A DNA stretch of 64,000 nucleotides from Actinomycetota bacterium (lineage in GTDB: Bacteria; Actinomycetota; Actinomycetes; Nanopelagicales; Nanopelagicaceae), in contig JBDLSZ010000052.1 in assembly GCA_039799305.1 (NCBI GenBank), positions 2,512-66,511 on the forward strand, given 5' to 3'. Shown in pieces: positions 1-10,650 of the stretch; the first letter of the stretch is position 1, and each line of letters opens with the position of its first letter. The position numbers were made by a program, and so were the translations under genes. Below the pieces are notes generated by a model. That model was given only the letters and a program-made list of their open reading frames with translations. It was not told the origin of the DNA and did not search any database.

Positions 1-971
1 CGTGGATCCCATGGATATTCCAATACACGTAGTGGGCGAAGTGATGTGACAGCTGACAGAAATGAATCCTGCCCAGATTTACTTCGCTTTGAAGCACCAC
101 GCAGAACGCGCAGAAATGACAACTTTGGTTTGATGGAGTTCTGCGCGAGTTCTGCAACAAGTAAACGAAGTCGCTCAGTTCCCAGCACATCTGTCTGTGC
201 CATCACCCACATCTCATCACCATGTGTGCTTGTCCACACAATCACTTCCTCAGACCATCGTCGCCCACTTAAGGATGCTGAGAAATCTGTAAGGACTCCA
301 AGATCTATGACGATAAAGTCGAACTCAGAGCGTGCGTGATCTAGAGCTGCAATCTGTGCGTTAATCTCAGATTGTGTAATTTCAACTGCCCAGAGATTAT
401 TCGAGATACTTCTTATCTCGGCTGAAGAGTTAAGTCCTCGCTCCCCCATTTTTAGCGCTATCGCCGGTGCATCACTATGAGCATCGACAAGAAGTACTTT
501 CTTTCCAAGCTCGGCTAACTCTGCGCCTATATTGATTGCAAGGGTTGTGCACCCCAGTGCATGAGAGGCTGCGCATACTCCAATAATTTTGGAGCGAGGC
601 TTCTTTGATTGTGTGGGGCGAATCAGTGGTGAGCGCAGTGAGCCGCGAATAATTCCAAGAAGTTCAAGGGGTGTTGTCGGCATAGCAATGGATTCAGGAA
701 ACTCCTCGTGAGCACCAAGTGTTGCCGCAAAGAGAAAGTACTTCATGCCTCGTCGTTTGAGTTCATCAAGGCCATCGCTTGAGAAACCATCGACATCGGT
801 TGAGATGAGAAGGAGTGAGCCGCGCGCATCAGATGCCTGAACATGCTCAAGCAGGGATGCAAAATCAAGTGCTCTACACGAAACGCTCCACCCCTGACTA
901 AAGAGAGTGCCTGCAATAAATCCTTCCGCCTCTGCGCTGCGAATTGCTGTTGCAACCGACTGTGTGTACAT
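1..971 (-). CDS. CpaE/MinD/ParA-like P-loop protein with N-terminal receiver-like region (3' end runs off the window)
   Basis: Not in the ORF track; translated by hand from ATG 971: MYTQSVATAIRS...KIIGVCAASHALGCTTLAINIGAELAELGKKVLLVDAH...FDFIVIDLG...EYPWDP. This is the MinD/CpaE pattern (TTLAxNL, VLLVD, xDxIVIDLG). It starts 1 nt after the SAF gene stop. Confidence 0.75.
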   Translation of the reverse strand, partial: MYTQSVATAIRSAEAEGFIAGTLFSQGWSVSCRALDFASLLEHVQASDARGSLLLISTDVDGFSSDGLDELKRRGMKYFLFAATLGAHEEFPESIAMPTTPLELLGIIRGSLRSPLIRPTQSKKPRSKIIGVCAASHALGCTTLAINIGAELAELGKKVLLVDAHSDAPAIALKMGERGLNSSAEIRSISNNLWAVEITQSEINAQIAALDHARSEFDFIVIDLGVLTDFSASLSGRRWSEEVIVWTSTHGDEMWVMAQTDVLGTERLRLLVAELAQNSIKPKLSFLRVLRGASKRSKSGQDSFLSAVTSLRPLRVLEYPWDP

Positions 972-972
972 C

Positions 973-1569
973 TCACCCACGTGCGCGCACAATGACTAAT
1001 CGCCCGCTTGTGGTTGCGCTAAGAACATCAGCGATTGCCTCTCGATTAATGGAGATAGTCAGCGCTGCTTCTCCCCCAAAGTTATTTCCTTTGCGATCAA
1101 GGGCGCTCACAAACACTCCTCCCAGCACAAACTGTGGAGATCTGTCAGCCTCGCCATTTTTCGCATCATGCACTTGATAGATGCTGATCATCTCTCCCAC
1201 ATTCAGCCCTGCTGGGATATCTACAGATCTGACACTGATTGAAATTTGTTGATTGATCATCGCAGATGAATCATCGGTAATCGAATCACCTTCCAGCAGT
1301 TCACCCGAAGATAACCCTCTGCGCGTTATCGACCCAATCGGGTTTGTCTCTGCTGGAAGGTAATTACCCCCGGAACTACCCAGCACAACAGATGCAAGTC
1401 CGAGATCGGCAGCTTCTAACTGTGTGCCGGCAGCAATTGGGCGCAGGAGCACCCAATACTTTTCTTTTTGATTTGCTGCAATAGACATTGCAAAGGATGC
1501 AAGAAGTGTTGCACCGCAGAGAGTTGCAGCAAGAATCAGACGGGTATGTGAATTTCGTTTCTGGGCCAT
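973..1569 (-). CDS. SAF-domain (CpaB/RcpC-like) membrane-anchored protein
   Basis: N-terminal TM helix, then SAF-like RPIAAGTQLEAADL...RRGLSSGELL and CpaB-like IPAGLNVGEMISIY. Start moved to ATG 1569 because TACCTT lies 6 nt upstream. Confidence 0.7.
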   Translation of the reverse strand: MAQKRNSHTRLILAATLCGATLLASFAMSIAANQKEKYWVLLRPIAAGTQLEAADLGLASVVLGSSGGNYLPAETNPIGSITRRGLSSGELLEGDSITDDSSAMINQQISISVRSVDIPAGLNVGEMISIYQVHDAKNGEADRSPQFVLGGVFVSALDRKGNNFGGEAALTISINREAIADVLSATTSGRLVIVRARG

Positions 1570-1692
1570 GGGCGCAAGGTAGGAGGGCTCGTCTTGCCCC
1601 ACTTCATACTTCTGCACACTCCTTCAAAAGTATGAGTGCAATTGGTACTAAGTGCTGATTCTGAGCAAGGTCGATAGTTACAGGATTCCCGC

Positions 1693-2196
1693 ATGACAAA
1701 ATCTCACACAACTACGATGCAATTGATTTCTAGCACTGAAGATCCAGCACTCTGGAGCCATCCCGTCTTGGATCTCTTTGCTCCCCCTGTACGCGAACAT
1801 ATTAAACAGAGCACAAAGCTCTATCTCGTTCCCTCTACCTTCGGTGAGGAACTTGAACCCGATGAGATGCCGCTGCCAACATCTGCATCGGCGCTTCCTG
1901 AACTTCATGCCTGGACTATGAAATTTATTGTCAGCGTTGTTGAAGTGTGGGCAGGGCGCAGGCAACCGGCGCAACTGATTAGCTGGTGTCATCGAGTGAT
2001 TTATATGGATCTACTTCGCGCATCAGGAAGTCAGAAGGAGATTGGCAAGATTAAGAGCATTCACCAATCAGAGCCACTGGATGGAATCTGTGAATCAACA
2101 GCACTGATTCGATATGGAGAGCGACTTCGCGCAGTCGTGATTCGCTTTGAAGGTGTTGATGGACGTTGGTTATGTACTGCGCTGCGAATGATTTAG
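1693..2196 (+). CDS. Rv3235/DUF6459-family protein
   Basis: EVWAGRRQPAQL and RLRAVVIRFEGVDGRWLCTAL match the family; convergent on secA as in other actinobacteria. Confidence 0.8.
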   Translation: MTKSHTTTMQLISSTEDPALWSHPVLDLFAPPVREHIKQSTKLYLVPSTFGEELEPDEMPLPTSASALPELHAWTMKFIVSVVEVWAGRRQPAQLISWCHRVIYMDLLRASGSQKEIGKIKSIHQSEPLDGICESTALIRYGERLRAVVIRFEGVDGRWLCTALRMI

Positions 2197-2201
2197 AAGA
2201 G

Positions 2202-4874
2202 TTATGCGGCGCCGTGGCAACGCTTGAACTTCTTTCCAGAACCACATGGGCACGGGCTATTGCGTGAGACATCACCGGATGAAGCCACACCGTTTTCATC
2301 TGCTGCTGTGTATTTCAAAGGAGCAGACTGAGCTGGCTTCTCATCAACGCCACGAGCTTTCACCTGTGATCCATCGCCTTCGATGGTGACTTCAACGTTA
2401 AAGACAAGGCTTGCAAGTTCTTCCTTAATTGCATCCATCATCGCTGCAAAGAGTTCATAGCCTTCGCGCTGATATTCAACGAGTGGATCACGCTGTGCCA
2501 TGGCACGAAGACCGATTCCCTCTTGGAGATAATCCATCTCATAGAGGTGCTCGCGCCATTTGCGATCAAGGACAGATAGCAGAACCTTGCGCTCGAGCTC
2601 GCGTAGAACATCGGCTCCAAGATCTTCTTCACGCTTCTTATAGGCAGCAGCTGCATCATCAAGGATGCGTGCTTCAAGGAAATCAACATCGAGTGCTGCA
2701 GATGATCCGACTTCAGCGATGATCTTTTCAGGTGTAAAGGAGATTGGGTAGATAAGTTTGAGAGCAGTCCAGAGTTGCGCTAGATCCCAATCTTCGCCGA
2801 ATCCTTGTGCAGCAGCTGCGCGAACGTATGCAGAGAGCGTATCTGCCATAAAGTCATTGACCTGCTCACCGATATCTTTACCTTCAAGAACCAAGCGACG
2901 CTCTCCATAGATCACTTCGCGCTGGCGGTTCATGACATCGTCATACTTCAAAACATTCTTACGAATTTCAAAGTTCTGAGCTTCAACTTGAGTCTGTGCT
3001 GAGCGAATCGCATTAGAGACCATCTTGGATTCGATCGGTTCATCTTCAGGAAGTCCTGCAGCTGCCAATACGCGCTCAACAATTCCTGAGTTAAAGCGGC
3101 GCATCAAATCATCTTGGAGTGAGAGATAGAAACGAGATTCACCAGGATCGCCTTGGCGACCTGAACGTCCACGTAGCTGATTATCAATACGACGTGATTC
3201 ATGGCGCTCAGTTCCTAGAACATAGAGACCGCCGAGTGAGATTACTTCTTCATGCTCTCTAGCGATGGCATCTTTCTGCTTTGCAATCTCAGCAGGCCAT
3301 GCAGCTTCGTATTCAGGTGCGTTATCGACAGGTGAAAGTCCACTGCGTTGGAGTTCGAAATCTGCCATGAACTCAGGGTTTCCACCGAGCATGATGTCAG
3401 TTCCGCGACCTGCCATATTTGTAGCAACTGTGACTGCGCCCTTCACACCTGCGCGAGCAACGATTGCTGCTTCGCGCTCGTGATGCTTAGCATTCAAAAC
3501 TTCATGAGGAACACCAGCCTTCTTTAAGAAGGCAGAGAGTTCTTCAGACTTTTCAACGCTGACAGTTCCAACCAATACTGGCTGACCCTTACGGTGGCGC
3601 TCGACGATGTCGCGAGTTACTGCTGCAAACTTTCCAACTTCAGATTTATAGACCAAGTCTGCTTGATCAAGGCGTTGCATATCGCGGTTTGTAGGAATGG
3701 GAACAACACCGAGCTTATAAATTTGGTGGAATTCCGATGCCTCAGTCATCGCTGTTCCAGTCATACCTGAAATAGTTTCGTAAAGGCGGAAGTAGTTCTG
3801 CAAGGTGATGGTTGCCAGAGTCTGGTTCTCATCCTTAATTTCAATACGTTCTTTAGCCTCAAGTGCCTGGTGGAGACCTTCGCTATAGCGACGACCGGCA
3901 AGCATGCGCCCTGTGTGCTCATCAACAATCAAGAGCTCACCATTCATGACGACATAATCCTTATCGCGCTTGAAGAGCTCTTTAGCGCGCACTGAGTTAT
4001 TCAAGTAGCCAATCAGCGTTGTATTGGCAGCCTCATAGAGGTTCTCAATCTTGAGAAGTTCTTCAACTTTTGTCACGCCATCTTCAAGGATGCCGATGGT
4101 CTTCTTCTTCTCATCTACTTCATAGTGCATATCGCGCTGGAGCTTTGTGGCAATATTTGCAAACTCGACATACCACTTCGTTGCCTTATCAGCAGGTCCG
4201 CTGATGATTAGGGGCGTACGGGCTTCATCGATAAGAATGGAGTCCACTTCATCGACAACAGCGAAGAAGTGATCGCGCTGCACGCAATCCTCCAGTGACC
4301 ACGCCATATTGTCGCGAAGGTAATCAAAACCAAATTCATTATTTGTGCCATAAGTAATATCTGACAAATATGCAGCGCGACGTTCTGCCGGAGTCATGCT
4401 GTTGAGAATCACGCCAACGCTTAAGCCGAGGAAGCGATGGATGCGACCCATCCATTCACTATCGCGCTCAGCAAGGTAATCATTGACGGTAACGACGTGA
4501 ACGCCGCGACCTGCAAGAGCGTTGAGATATGAAGGAAGAGTTGAAACGAGAGTCTTTCCTTCACCTGTGCGCATTTCAGCGATATTTCCGCTGTGAAGTG
4601 CTGCTCCACCCATAACCTGAACATCGTAATGACGCTGGCCCAATGTGCGCTGCGCAGCTTCACGAACAACGGCAAATGCTTCAGGCATCAGGTCATCAAG
4701 AGTTTCACCTTGTGCAAAGCGTGACTTAAATTCATCTGTCTTTGCGCGAAGCTGCTCGTCAGAAAGTGGAGTAATTGATGCTTCAAGGGCATTGACCTTG
4801 TCGACGATCTTGCTCAAGTCGCGAAGGATTTTGCCTTCGCCAGCTCGCATGATTCGATCGAGAATTGAAGCCAT
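2202..4874 (-). CDS. secA: Preprotein translocase ATPase SecA
   Basis: [49 protein letters not shown]-terminal SEC-C motif [13 protein letters not shown]. Confidence 0.99.
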   Translation of the reverse strand: MASILDRIMRAGEGKILRDLSKIVDKVNALEASITPLSDEQLRAKTDEFKSRFAQGETLDDLMPEAFAVVREAAQRTLGQRHYDVQVMGGAALHSGNIAEMRTGEGKTLVSTLPSYLNALAGRGVHVVTVNDYLAERDSEWMGRIHRFLGLSVGVILNSMTPAERRAAYLSDITYGTNNEFGFDYLRDNMAWSLEDCVQRDHFFAVVDEVDSILIDEARTPLIISGPADKATKWYVEFANIATKLQRDMHYEVDEKKKTIGILEDGVTKVEELLKIENLYEAANTTLIGYLNNSVRAKELFKRDKDYVVMNGELLIVDEHTGRMLAGRRYSEGLHQALEAKERIEIKDENQTLATITLQNYFRLYETISGMTGTAMTEASEFHQIYKLGVVPIPTNRDMQRLDQADLVYKSEVGKFAAVTRDIVERHRKGQPVLVGTVSVEKSEELSAFLKKAGVPHEVLNAKHHEREAAIVARAGVKGAVTVATNMAGRGTDIMLGGNPEFMADFELQRSGLSPVDNAPEYEAAWPAEIAKQKDAIAREHEEVISLGGLYVLGTERHESRRIDNQLRGRSGRQGDPGESRFYLSLQDDLMRRFNSGIVERVLAAAGLPEDEPIESKMVSNAIRSAQTQVEAQNFEIRKNVLKYDDVMNRQREVIYGERRLVLEGKDIGEQVNDFMADTLSAYVRAAAAQGFGEDWDLAQLWTALKLIYPISFTPEKIIAEVGSSAALDVDFLEARILDDAAAAYKKREEDLGADVLRELERKVLLSVLDRKWREHLYEMDYLQEGIGLRAMAQRDPLVEYQREGYELFAAMMDAIKEELASLVFNVEVTIEGDGSQVKARGVDEKPAQSAPLKYTAADENGVASSGDVSRNSPCPCGSGKKFKRCHGAA

Positions 4875-4921
4875 CGGTCTACCTTCCAGTTGCTGTACTA
4901 CAGGGCGCTAAATCAACCCCC

Positions 4922-5560
4922 TTATCGTAGGGGTTCTGCAACGCAGGCTGTTACGCCAGCTGCCACCTCAATGCCCAAAACACGCAGGGCTCGCGCAGCT
5001 TCATGCAGAGTTGCCCCTGTTGTGACGAGGTCGTCAATCAAAAAAGCCTTTCCACTCAGATATCTGCGCCCCTTCAGTGCTCCTTGTAAGTTTTCCATTC
5101 TCGCTCTCGCATCGAGTGAAGATTGATCTCGCACCTTTCTCACATGGATGAGATTTTCATATGTGGGAAGTCCAGTATTGACAGAGAGTTGCTGTGATAG
5201 ATCGACCATAAATTGCCTACCGCGTAATCGCGCGATGCTAGGACGAGATGGGATGGGAATAAGAATTCCAACTCCGTGCTCTCTCACACATTGGGATAGT
5301 GCTTTTGTGAGGGCATCGAGAATTAAATCATCTGCCTGAACCTGGCTATTTTCTTTCGCTGCAAGAAGTACTTTGCCCGCGATTGGTGAATATTGAATAG
5401 ATGAATAGATTGGGAATATTGGGCTACTTCGAGAATTACGAGTGAAGATATGAGGATGCCACTGGCTGCGGCAGAGAGAACAGATGGAAAGACCTAAGGT
5501 CGAACAGCCTAAGCAGCGAACGGGAAATATCAGCTCTTGCAGCGCTCGAATACTTCTCAC
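4922..5560 (-). CDS. comF: ComF-family phosphoribosyltransferase-like protein
   Basis: N-terminal CxxC..CxxC, PIP motif, PRT loop LIDDLVTTGATL. Confidence 0.9.
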   Translation of the reverse strand: MRSIRALQELIFPVRCLGCSTLGLSICSLCRSQWHPHIFTRNSRSSPIFPIYSSIQYSPIAGKVLLAAKENSQVQADDLILDALTKALSQCVREHGVGILIPIPSRPSIARLRGRQFMVDLSQQLSVNTGLPTYENLIHVRKVRDQSSLDARARMENLQGALKGRRYLSGKAFLIDDLVTTGATLHEAARALRVLGIEVAAGVTACVAEPLR

Positions 5561-5591
5561 TCAGGCATTCTGAATGAAAGATGAAAAGAAT

Positions 5592-7160
5592 TTATAGGTA
5601 GAAATTCTCTTCGTGGAAATCTTTTGGCGCAGCCTTAATGGGTCTTCCTTCAATAGATTCTCCCGCTTTACGAGGAAGGGTCAGAACAAATTGCGCTCCA
5701 AGGCCAGGTCTGCCCCACGCATCGAGTTCACCGTTATGAAGTCGGGCATCTTCTAGCGCAATGGAGAGACCAAGTCCTGTGCCTCCACGAACTCGAGCAC
5801 GAGATGGGTCTGCGCGCCAGAATCGGTCAAAGACTCGGATTAACGATGATTCATCTAGGCCAGATCCAAAATCTCGAACAGCGATACCGACATCACTATC
5901 GGTTGCAACTATGGTGACGATGACTTGCTGACCGTCGGCATGATCGAGGGCATTGGATAAGAGATTACGCATAATGCGCTCAACGCGCCTGATATCAGCT
6001 TGGATAGCAACCTTCGGTAGCTCCGAAATAACTCGGATTCCTGACTCTGTATCGATATCGCCTAACTCAAAATCCTTCACACATTTTTGGACAAGGGCCA
6101 CCACATCAAAGTCGACAGGTTCCAGAACTGCGACCTCAGCATCAAATCGACTGACTTCAAGGAGATCTTCAAGCAATCGCTCGAATCGATCAATCTGCGC
6201 AGCTAGGAGTTCAGAACTTCGGGCTACCAATGGATCAAATGAGGTGCGCTGGTTATAGATAACTTCTGATGCCATACGAAGGGTTGTTAGTGGCGTGCGC
6301 AGTTCATGAGAGACGTCAGAGACAAAGCGTTGCTGGACTCGAGATAGGTTTTCAAGACGAGTGATCTGTTGCTCAATAGATTGCGCCATCTCATTATAGG
6401 AATGAGCAAGAGTTGCCATCTCATCTTGAGATTCAATCTTCATGCGCTGGCTGAAATCACCAAGGGTGAATTGTGTTGCGATGCGCGCCGCATCACGGAC
6501 AGGCCTAACAACTTGCCTGACCACCAGCCAGGTAATCAAGCCAATCAGGAAGATCAGAGCAAAGCCCGTGAAGATCAGTGAGTTTCTAATCAGACCAAGA
6601 GTTGCTGTCTGATTTTCAAGAGAGAAGACGATATACATTTCATAGCGACCACCGGAGGGAATACTTACTCGCTTTCCCACAATGAGAACTTGTCGGGATA
6701 TGCCTGATTTCTCCACAGCCTGGGCATAGTCACTTTCAATCTTTGCTCCAGATACAACTCTCTTTCTTAATTCTGCAGGGATAGAGGAGCTCTTAATGCG
6801 CGCTGAAGCCATCTCATAGGAAACTTTTGTAGTGGTATTGGTAGGGACCTTGAGGAAAATGATTTCTCTACGTGCCTCTTTAACTACCTGAGTAGTTGCA
6901 TTGACCACAATGTCGGCAAGAAGTTTCTTACGTTCCTCCACAGTCGAATTTCTTGAAATCGCCAACTTATATTCGGCATCGAAGAAGGTGAACTTAGATT
7001 CTGAAATAGCAGAGTTAAAGGCTGCTGAGCGAAGTCCATCGGATAAGCGTGAATTAAGAGCAGAACCGACTAAAGAGATCACTCCGAAAGAAAGTAGAAC
7101 TGTGGAGAGAATAACTTTGATTGCAAGTGATTGCGATAACGCCCGACGAATGCCCATCAT
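5592..7160 (-). CDS. mtrB: Sensor histidine kinase MtrB
   Basis: Two TM helices, HAMP, FVSDVSHELRTPLT, RFWRADPSRAR..GGTGLGL; follows mtrA. Start moved to ATG 7160 to remove the overlap with mtrA. Confidence 0.93.
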   Translation of the reverse strand: MMGIRRALSQSLAIKVILSTVLLSFGVISLVGSALNSRLSDGLRSAAFNSAISESKFTFFDAEYKLAISRNSTVEERKKLLADIVVNATTQVVKEARREIIFLKVPTNTTTKVSYEMASARIKSSSIPAELRKRVVSGAKIESDYAQAVEKSGISRQVLIVGKRVSIPSGGRYEMYIVFSLENQTATLGLIRNSLIFTGFALIFLIGLITWLVVRQVVRPVRDAARIATQFTLGDFSQRMKIESQDEMATLAHSYNEMAQSIEQQITRLENLSRVQQRFVSDVSHELRTPLTTLRMASEVIYNQRTSFDPLVARSSELLAAQIDRFERLLEDLLEVSRFDAEVAVLEPVDFDVVALVQKCVKDFELGDIDTESGIRVISELPKVAIQADIRRVERIMRNLLSNALDHADGQQVIVTIVATDSDVGIAVRDFGSGLDESSLIRVFDRFWRADPSRARVRGGTGLGLSIALEDARLHNGELDAWGRPGLGAQFVLTLPRKAGESIEGRPIKAAPKDFHEENFYL

Positions 7161-7176
7161 GGAGAGTGAGCCCCCT

Positions 7177-7857
7177 TTACGCTGGGCCGCCCGCCTTATA
7201 GCCAACACCGCGCACAGTCATAACAATTTCAGGATGTTCAGGATCATGCTCAATCTTTGAGCGAAGTCGCTGCACGTGAACGTTGACGAGACGTGTATCG
7301 GTGCTGTGGCGATAGCCCCAGACTTCACTTAAGAGTGCATCACGTGTGAATACCCGGCCTGGATCTTTTGCAAGTGCAACTAGAAGATCGAATTCAAGGC
7401 GTGTGAGCTGAATTGATGTTGCACCACGATTGACTTCATGTGCTGTCACATCGATGGTGAGATCTCCGATGGTGAGAAGTCCGGTGACATCAGCATTGGT
7501 GCGACGAAGTCGTGTGCGAATTCGAGCGATGAGCTCTGCCTTATCGCGAAAGGGCTTTTGCATGTAATCATCTGCGCCAGCTTCAAGGCCACGGACAATG
7601 TCCTGTGTTTCACCTTTTGCGCTGAGCATGACAATAGGAACCATTGATTCTTGTCTAATTAATCTGCAGACCTCAATGCCATCAATTCCTGGCAACATCA
7701 CATCGAGTAAGACGAGGTCTGGAGGATTATTTCTAAATACCTCCAGCGCCTCATCTCCGCGACTGACAAGATCTACATCGAAGCCTGAACTTGTGAGAAC
7801 AATTCCAAGCATTTCTGCGAGGTCTTGATCGTCATCGACGACCATAACCAAGGTCAT
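7177..7857 (-). CDS. mtrA: OmpR-family response regulator MtrA
   Basis: Receiver domain plus winged helix; VWGYRHSTDTRLVNVHVQRLRSKIEHDPEHP is typical of MtrA. Confidence 0.95.
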   Translation of the reverse strand: MTLVMVVDDDQDLAEMLGIVLTSSGFDVDLVSRGDEALEVFRNNPPDLVLLDVMLPGIDGIEVCRLIRQESMVPIVMLSAKGETQDIVRGLEAGADDYMQKPFRDKAELIARIRTRLRRTNADVTGLLTIGDLTIDVTAHEVNRGATSIQLTRLEFDLLVALAKDPGRVFTRDALLSEVWGYRHSTDTRLVNVHVQRLRSKIEHDPEHPEIVMTVRGVGYKAGGPA

Positions 7858-9138
7858 TTATGAACCGTGCTCCCAAGAGTTGAGGTACATATCTTGTGCA
7901 GGTGTAAGTGTGTCGATGCGTCCACCCATTGACTTGAGCTTCAGTGATGCAACTTCCTTATCAATGTATGTAGGAACTTCGTGAACACCAGCTGGAAGAT
8001 TCTTTGCTTCCTTTACAAGGTATTCAGCTGTAAGCGCCTGATCAGAGAATGACATATCCATTACTGATGCTGGGTGACCTTCTGCAGCTCCAAGGTTAAC
8101 AAGACGTCCTTCAGCAAGGAGAAGTAGGCGACGGCCATCCTTCATGACATATTCGTCAGTCTGGTGACGCATCTTTGCATTCTTCTTTACTGAGTTCTGC
8201 TCAAGCCATGCAACATCGATTTCGATATCGAAGTGGCCTGAGTTAGCCATGATTGCGCCATCCTTCATCACTGCGAAGTGCTCATCACGAAGAACATCGC
8301 GGTTACCTGTAACAGTAATAAATACATCGCCGACCTTTGCAGCATCAACCATTGGCATGACGCGGAATCCCTGCATCATTGCATCAAGTGCTTTTGTTGG
8401 ATCGATTTCAGTAACAACAACATCTGCACCCATGCCCTTAGCGCGTTCTGCAACGCCCTTACCGCAGTAACCAAATCCAGCCACGACGACGATGCGTCCT
8501 GCAAGAAGGAAGTTAGTCGCACGGAAAACAGCATCAAGTGTTGACTGACCTGTTCCATAACGGTTATCGAACATGTGCTTTGTATCGGTGTCATTGACAG
8601 CGATCATTGGGAAAGTCAATGCGCCATCTTTAGCCATCTGGTTAAGACGGATAACGCCCGTTGTTGTCTCTTCGCATCCACCAGCGATATTCGGTAGTAG
8701 TTCCTTGCGAGTTGTGTGAAGTGTGTTCACGAGGTCGCAACCATCGTCAAAGACTTGGTGTGGGTTGATATCAAGTGCTGCGTTGATATGTGCGTAGTAA
8801 CCATCGCGATCGACTGAGTTACGTGCGAATACTGAAATACCGTATTCGTGAACGAGCGCAGCTGCTGTGTCATCTTGTGTAGAAAGCGGGTTTGAAGCAC
8901 AGAGTGCGATATCAGCGCCTCCTGCTTTAAGAACTCGCATCAAGTTTGCAGTCTCAGTTGTGACGTGCATGCACGCTGCAATGCGTACGCCTACGAATGG
9001 TTGTGACTTCTCAAAACGCTCACGGATCTGTGCAAGCACAGGCATGTTGCGTTCTGCCCATTCAATCTTCTTACGGCCAGCTTCAGCAAGTGATGCATCT
9101 GCAATGTCATGCTTTGGAATAGTTGTGACAGGTGTCAT
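7858..9138 (-). CDS. ahcY: S-adenosylhomocysteine hydrolase (short type, 426 aa)
   Basis: [50 protein letters not shown]. Confidence 0.97.
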   Translation of the reverse strand: MTPVTTIPKHDIADASLAEAGRKKIEWAERNMPVLAQIRERFEKSQPFVGVRIAACMHVTTETANLMRVLKAGGADIALCASNPLSTQDDTAAALVHEYGISVFARNSVDRDGYYAHINAALDINPHQVFDDGCDLVNTLHTTRKELLPNIAGGCEETTTGVIRLNQMAKDGALTFPMIAVNDTDTKHMFDNRYGTGQSTLDAVFRATNFLLAGRIVVVAGFGYCGKGVAERAKGMGADVVVTEIDPTKALDAMMQGFRVMPMVDAAKVGDVFITVTGNRDVLRDEHFAVMKDGAIMANSGHFDIEIDVAWLEQNSVKKNAKMRHQTDEYVMKDGRRLLLLAEGRLVNLGAAEGHPASVMDMSFSDQALTAEYLVKEAKNLPAGVHEVPTYIDKEVASLKLKSMGGRIDTLTPAQDMYLNSWEHGS

Positions 9139-9261
9139 GTGTATTTTCTCCCTAATGTAAAAACGGCTGTTTTATTCGCTTGACCTTCGGCGTAGGGCTC
9201 TACTGTGCTAGTCGGCTATGGACATAGGTTAGTGGAAGGCGCTAAAAAAGGTGAAAAGGGC

Positions 9262-10614
9262 TTAAGCACGAATCGTGTTAAGTACATCATCTCGAACCTT
9301 CTCCATGCGCGCAGCCGTTGAAGCCTCAACGTTGAGTCGAAGGAGGGGCTCGGTATTGGATGCGCGAAGGTTAAACCACCATGTATCGCCATTGATGGTC
9401 AGTCCATCCAGATGATCGACTTCAACCCCATCTTTCTTTCCATAGATTCCTTCAATGGTATCCATCGCAGCTTTTGCATCAGAGACGGTTGAATTGATTT
9501 CTCCACTTGAGTGATAGCGATTAAATGGAGTCAGAAGTTTCGAAAGTGATGTTTTTGTTTCACCCAGAGCTGCAATGGCATGTAGGGCTGCAAGCATTCC
9601 TGAATCTGCCTTCCAGAAATCACGGAAGTAGAAGTGGCCAGAGTGTTCTCCGCCAAAGACTGCATTTGTCTCAGCCATAAGTTTCTTAATGTATGAGTGG
9701 CCCACGCGTGAGCGAACTGCGGTGCCACCATTTTCTTCAATGACTTCTTTCACAGCTCTAGATGAAATCAAGTTATAAATAACGTTTGATGATGGATAAC
9801 GCTTGAGCTCGCGAGAGGCGATAAGTCCTGTGAGAGAAGAAGGATTAACTAACTCACCCTTCTCATCCACAAGGAAGCAGCGATCAGCATCTCCATCGAA
9901 TGCAAGGCCAATATCTGCTCCATGCTTCTTCACCGCTTTCTGAAGGTCTTTTAGATTGGAAGGTTCAATTGGGTTTGCTTCATGGTTAGGAAAAGTGCCA
10001 TCTAGCTCAAAATACATCTCTATTACTTCAGCGTTCAGGCGCTTAAAGACAGCAGGTGCTGTGTATCCACCCATTCCATTACCGGCATCAATCACAATTT
10101 TCAGTGGTCGAATAGATGAGACATCAACGAGTGAGAGAAGGTGATCGACATACTCTTCGAGCATCTCTTGAGATTTTTCTACTCCAAGATTGCGCATCGC
10201 CATCGGAGTTCCCTCTTTGACGAACTTTTCAATAGTCACAAGCCCTGACTCTTTACCAATGGGTCTAGCGCCACTGAAGCAGAGCTTGATTCCGTTGTAG
10301 GCAGCAGGGTTATGACTTGCAGTAAACATGGCACCGGGAAGATTGAGCTTTCCTGATGCGAAATACAACATATCTGTTGACGCTAAACCAATACGGATGA
10401 CATCAAGACCTTGAGAGGTAACACCTGCTGCAAATGCAGTTGCAAGTGTGGGAGATGATGGACGCATATCTTCACCGATCACCACAGTGCCTGGTTCACG
10501 CTCTAATTCAAGAAACCGAGCAACTGCAACACCTGTGGCAAAGGCAAAATCAGGGGTGAGTTCTTTATCGACTAGACCACGTATGTCATATGCCTTAAAG
10601 ATGGATGTGCTCAT
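9262..10614 (-). CDS. manB: Phosphomannomutase/phosphoglucomutase
   Basis: FKAYDIRG, TASHNP, FDGDADR, GGEHSGH, RASNTEP. Confidence 0.93.
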   Translation of the reverse strand: MSTSIFKAYDIRGLVDKELTPDFAFATGVAVARFLELEREPGTVVIGEDMRPSSPTLATAFAAGVTSQGLDVIRIGLASTDMLYFASGKLNLPGAMFTASHNPAAYNGIKLCFSGARPIGKESGLVTIEKFVKEGTPMAMRNLGVEKSQEMLEEYVDHLLSLVDVSSIRPLKIVIDAGNGMGGYTAPAVFKRLNAEVIEMYFELDGTFPNHEANPIEPSNLKDLQKAVKKHGADIGLAFDGDADRCFLVDEKGELVNPSSLTGLIASRELKRYPSSNVIYNLISSRAVKEVIEENGGTAVRSRVGHSYIKKLMAETNAVFGGEHSGHFYFRDFWKADSGMLAALHAIAALGETKTSLSKLLTPFNRYHSSGEINSTVSDAKAAMDTIEGIYGKKDGVEVDHLDGLTINGDTWWFNLRASNTEPLLRLNVEASTAARMEKVRDDVLNTIRA

Positions 10615-10650
10615 ATGGATATCGTAAAGAGAAGAGTGAGGAAATAGAAA

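Noticed and set aside
9139-9261. Canonical SAH or SAM riboswitch before ahcY
   Set aside because: The conserved SAH-riboswitch segments (GAGGAGCG..UGC, AGGCUC) are not visible; kept only as an unclassified candidate.
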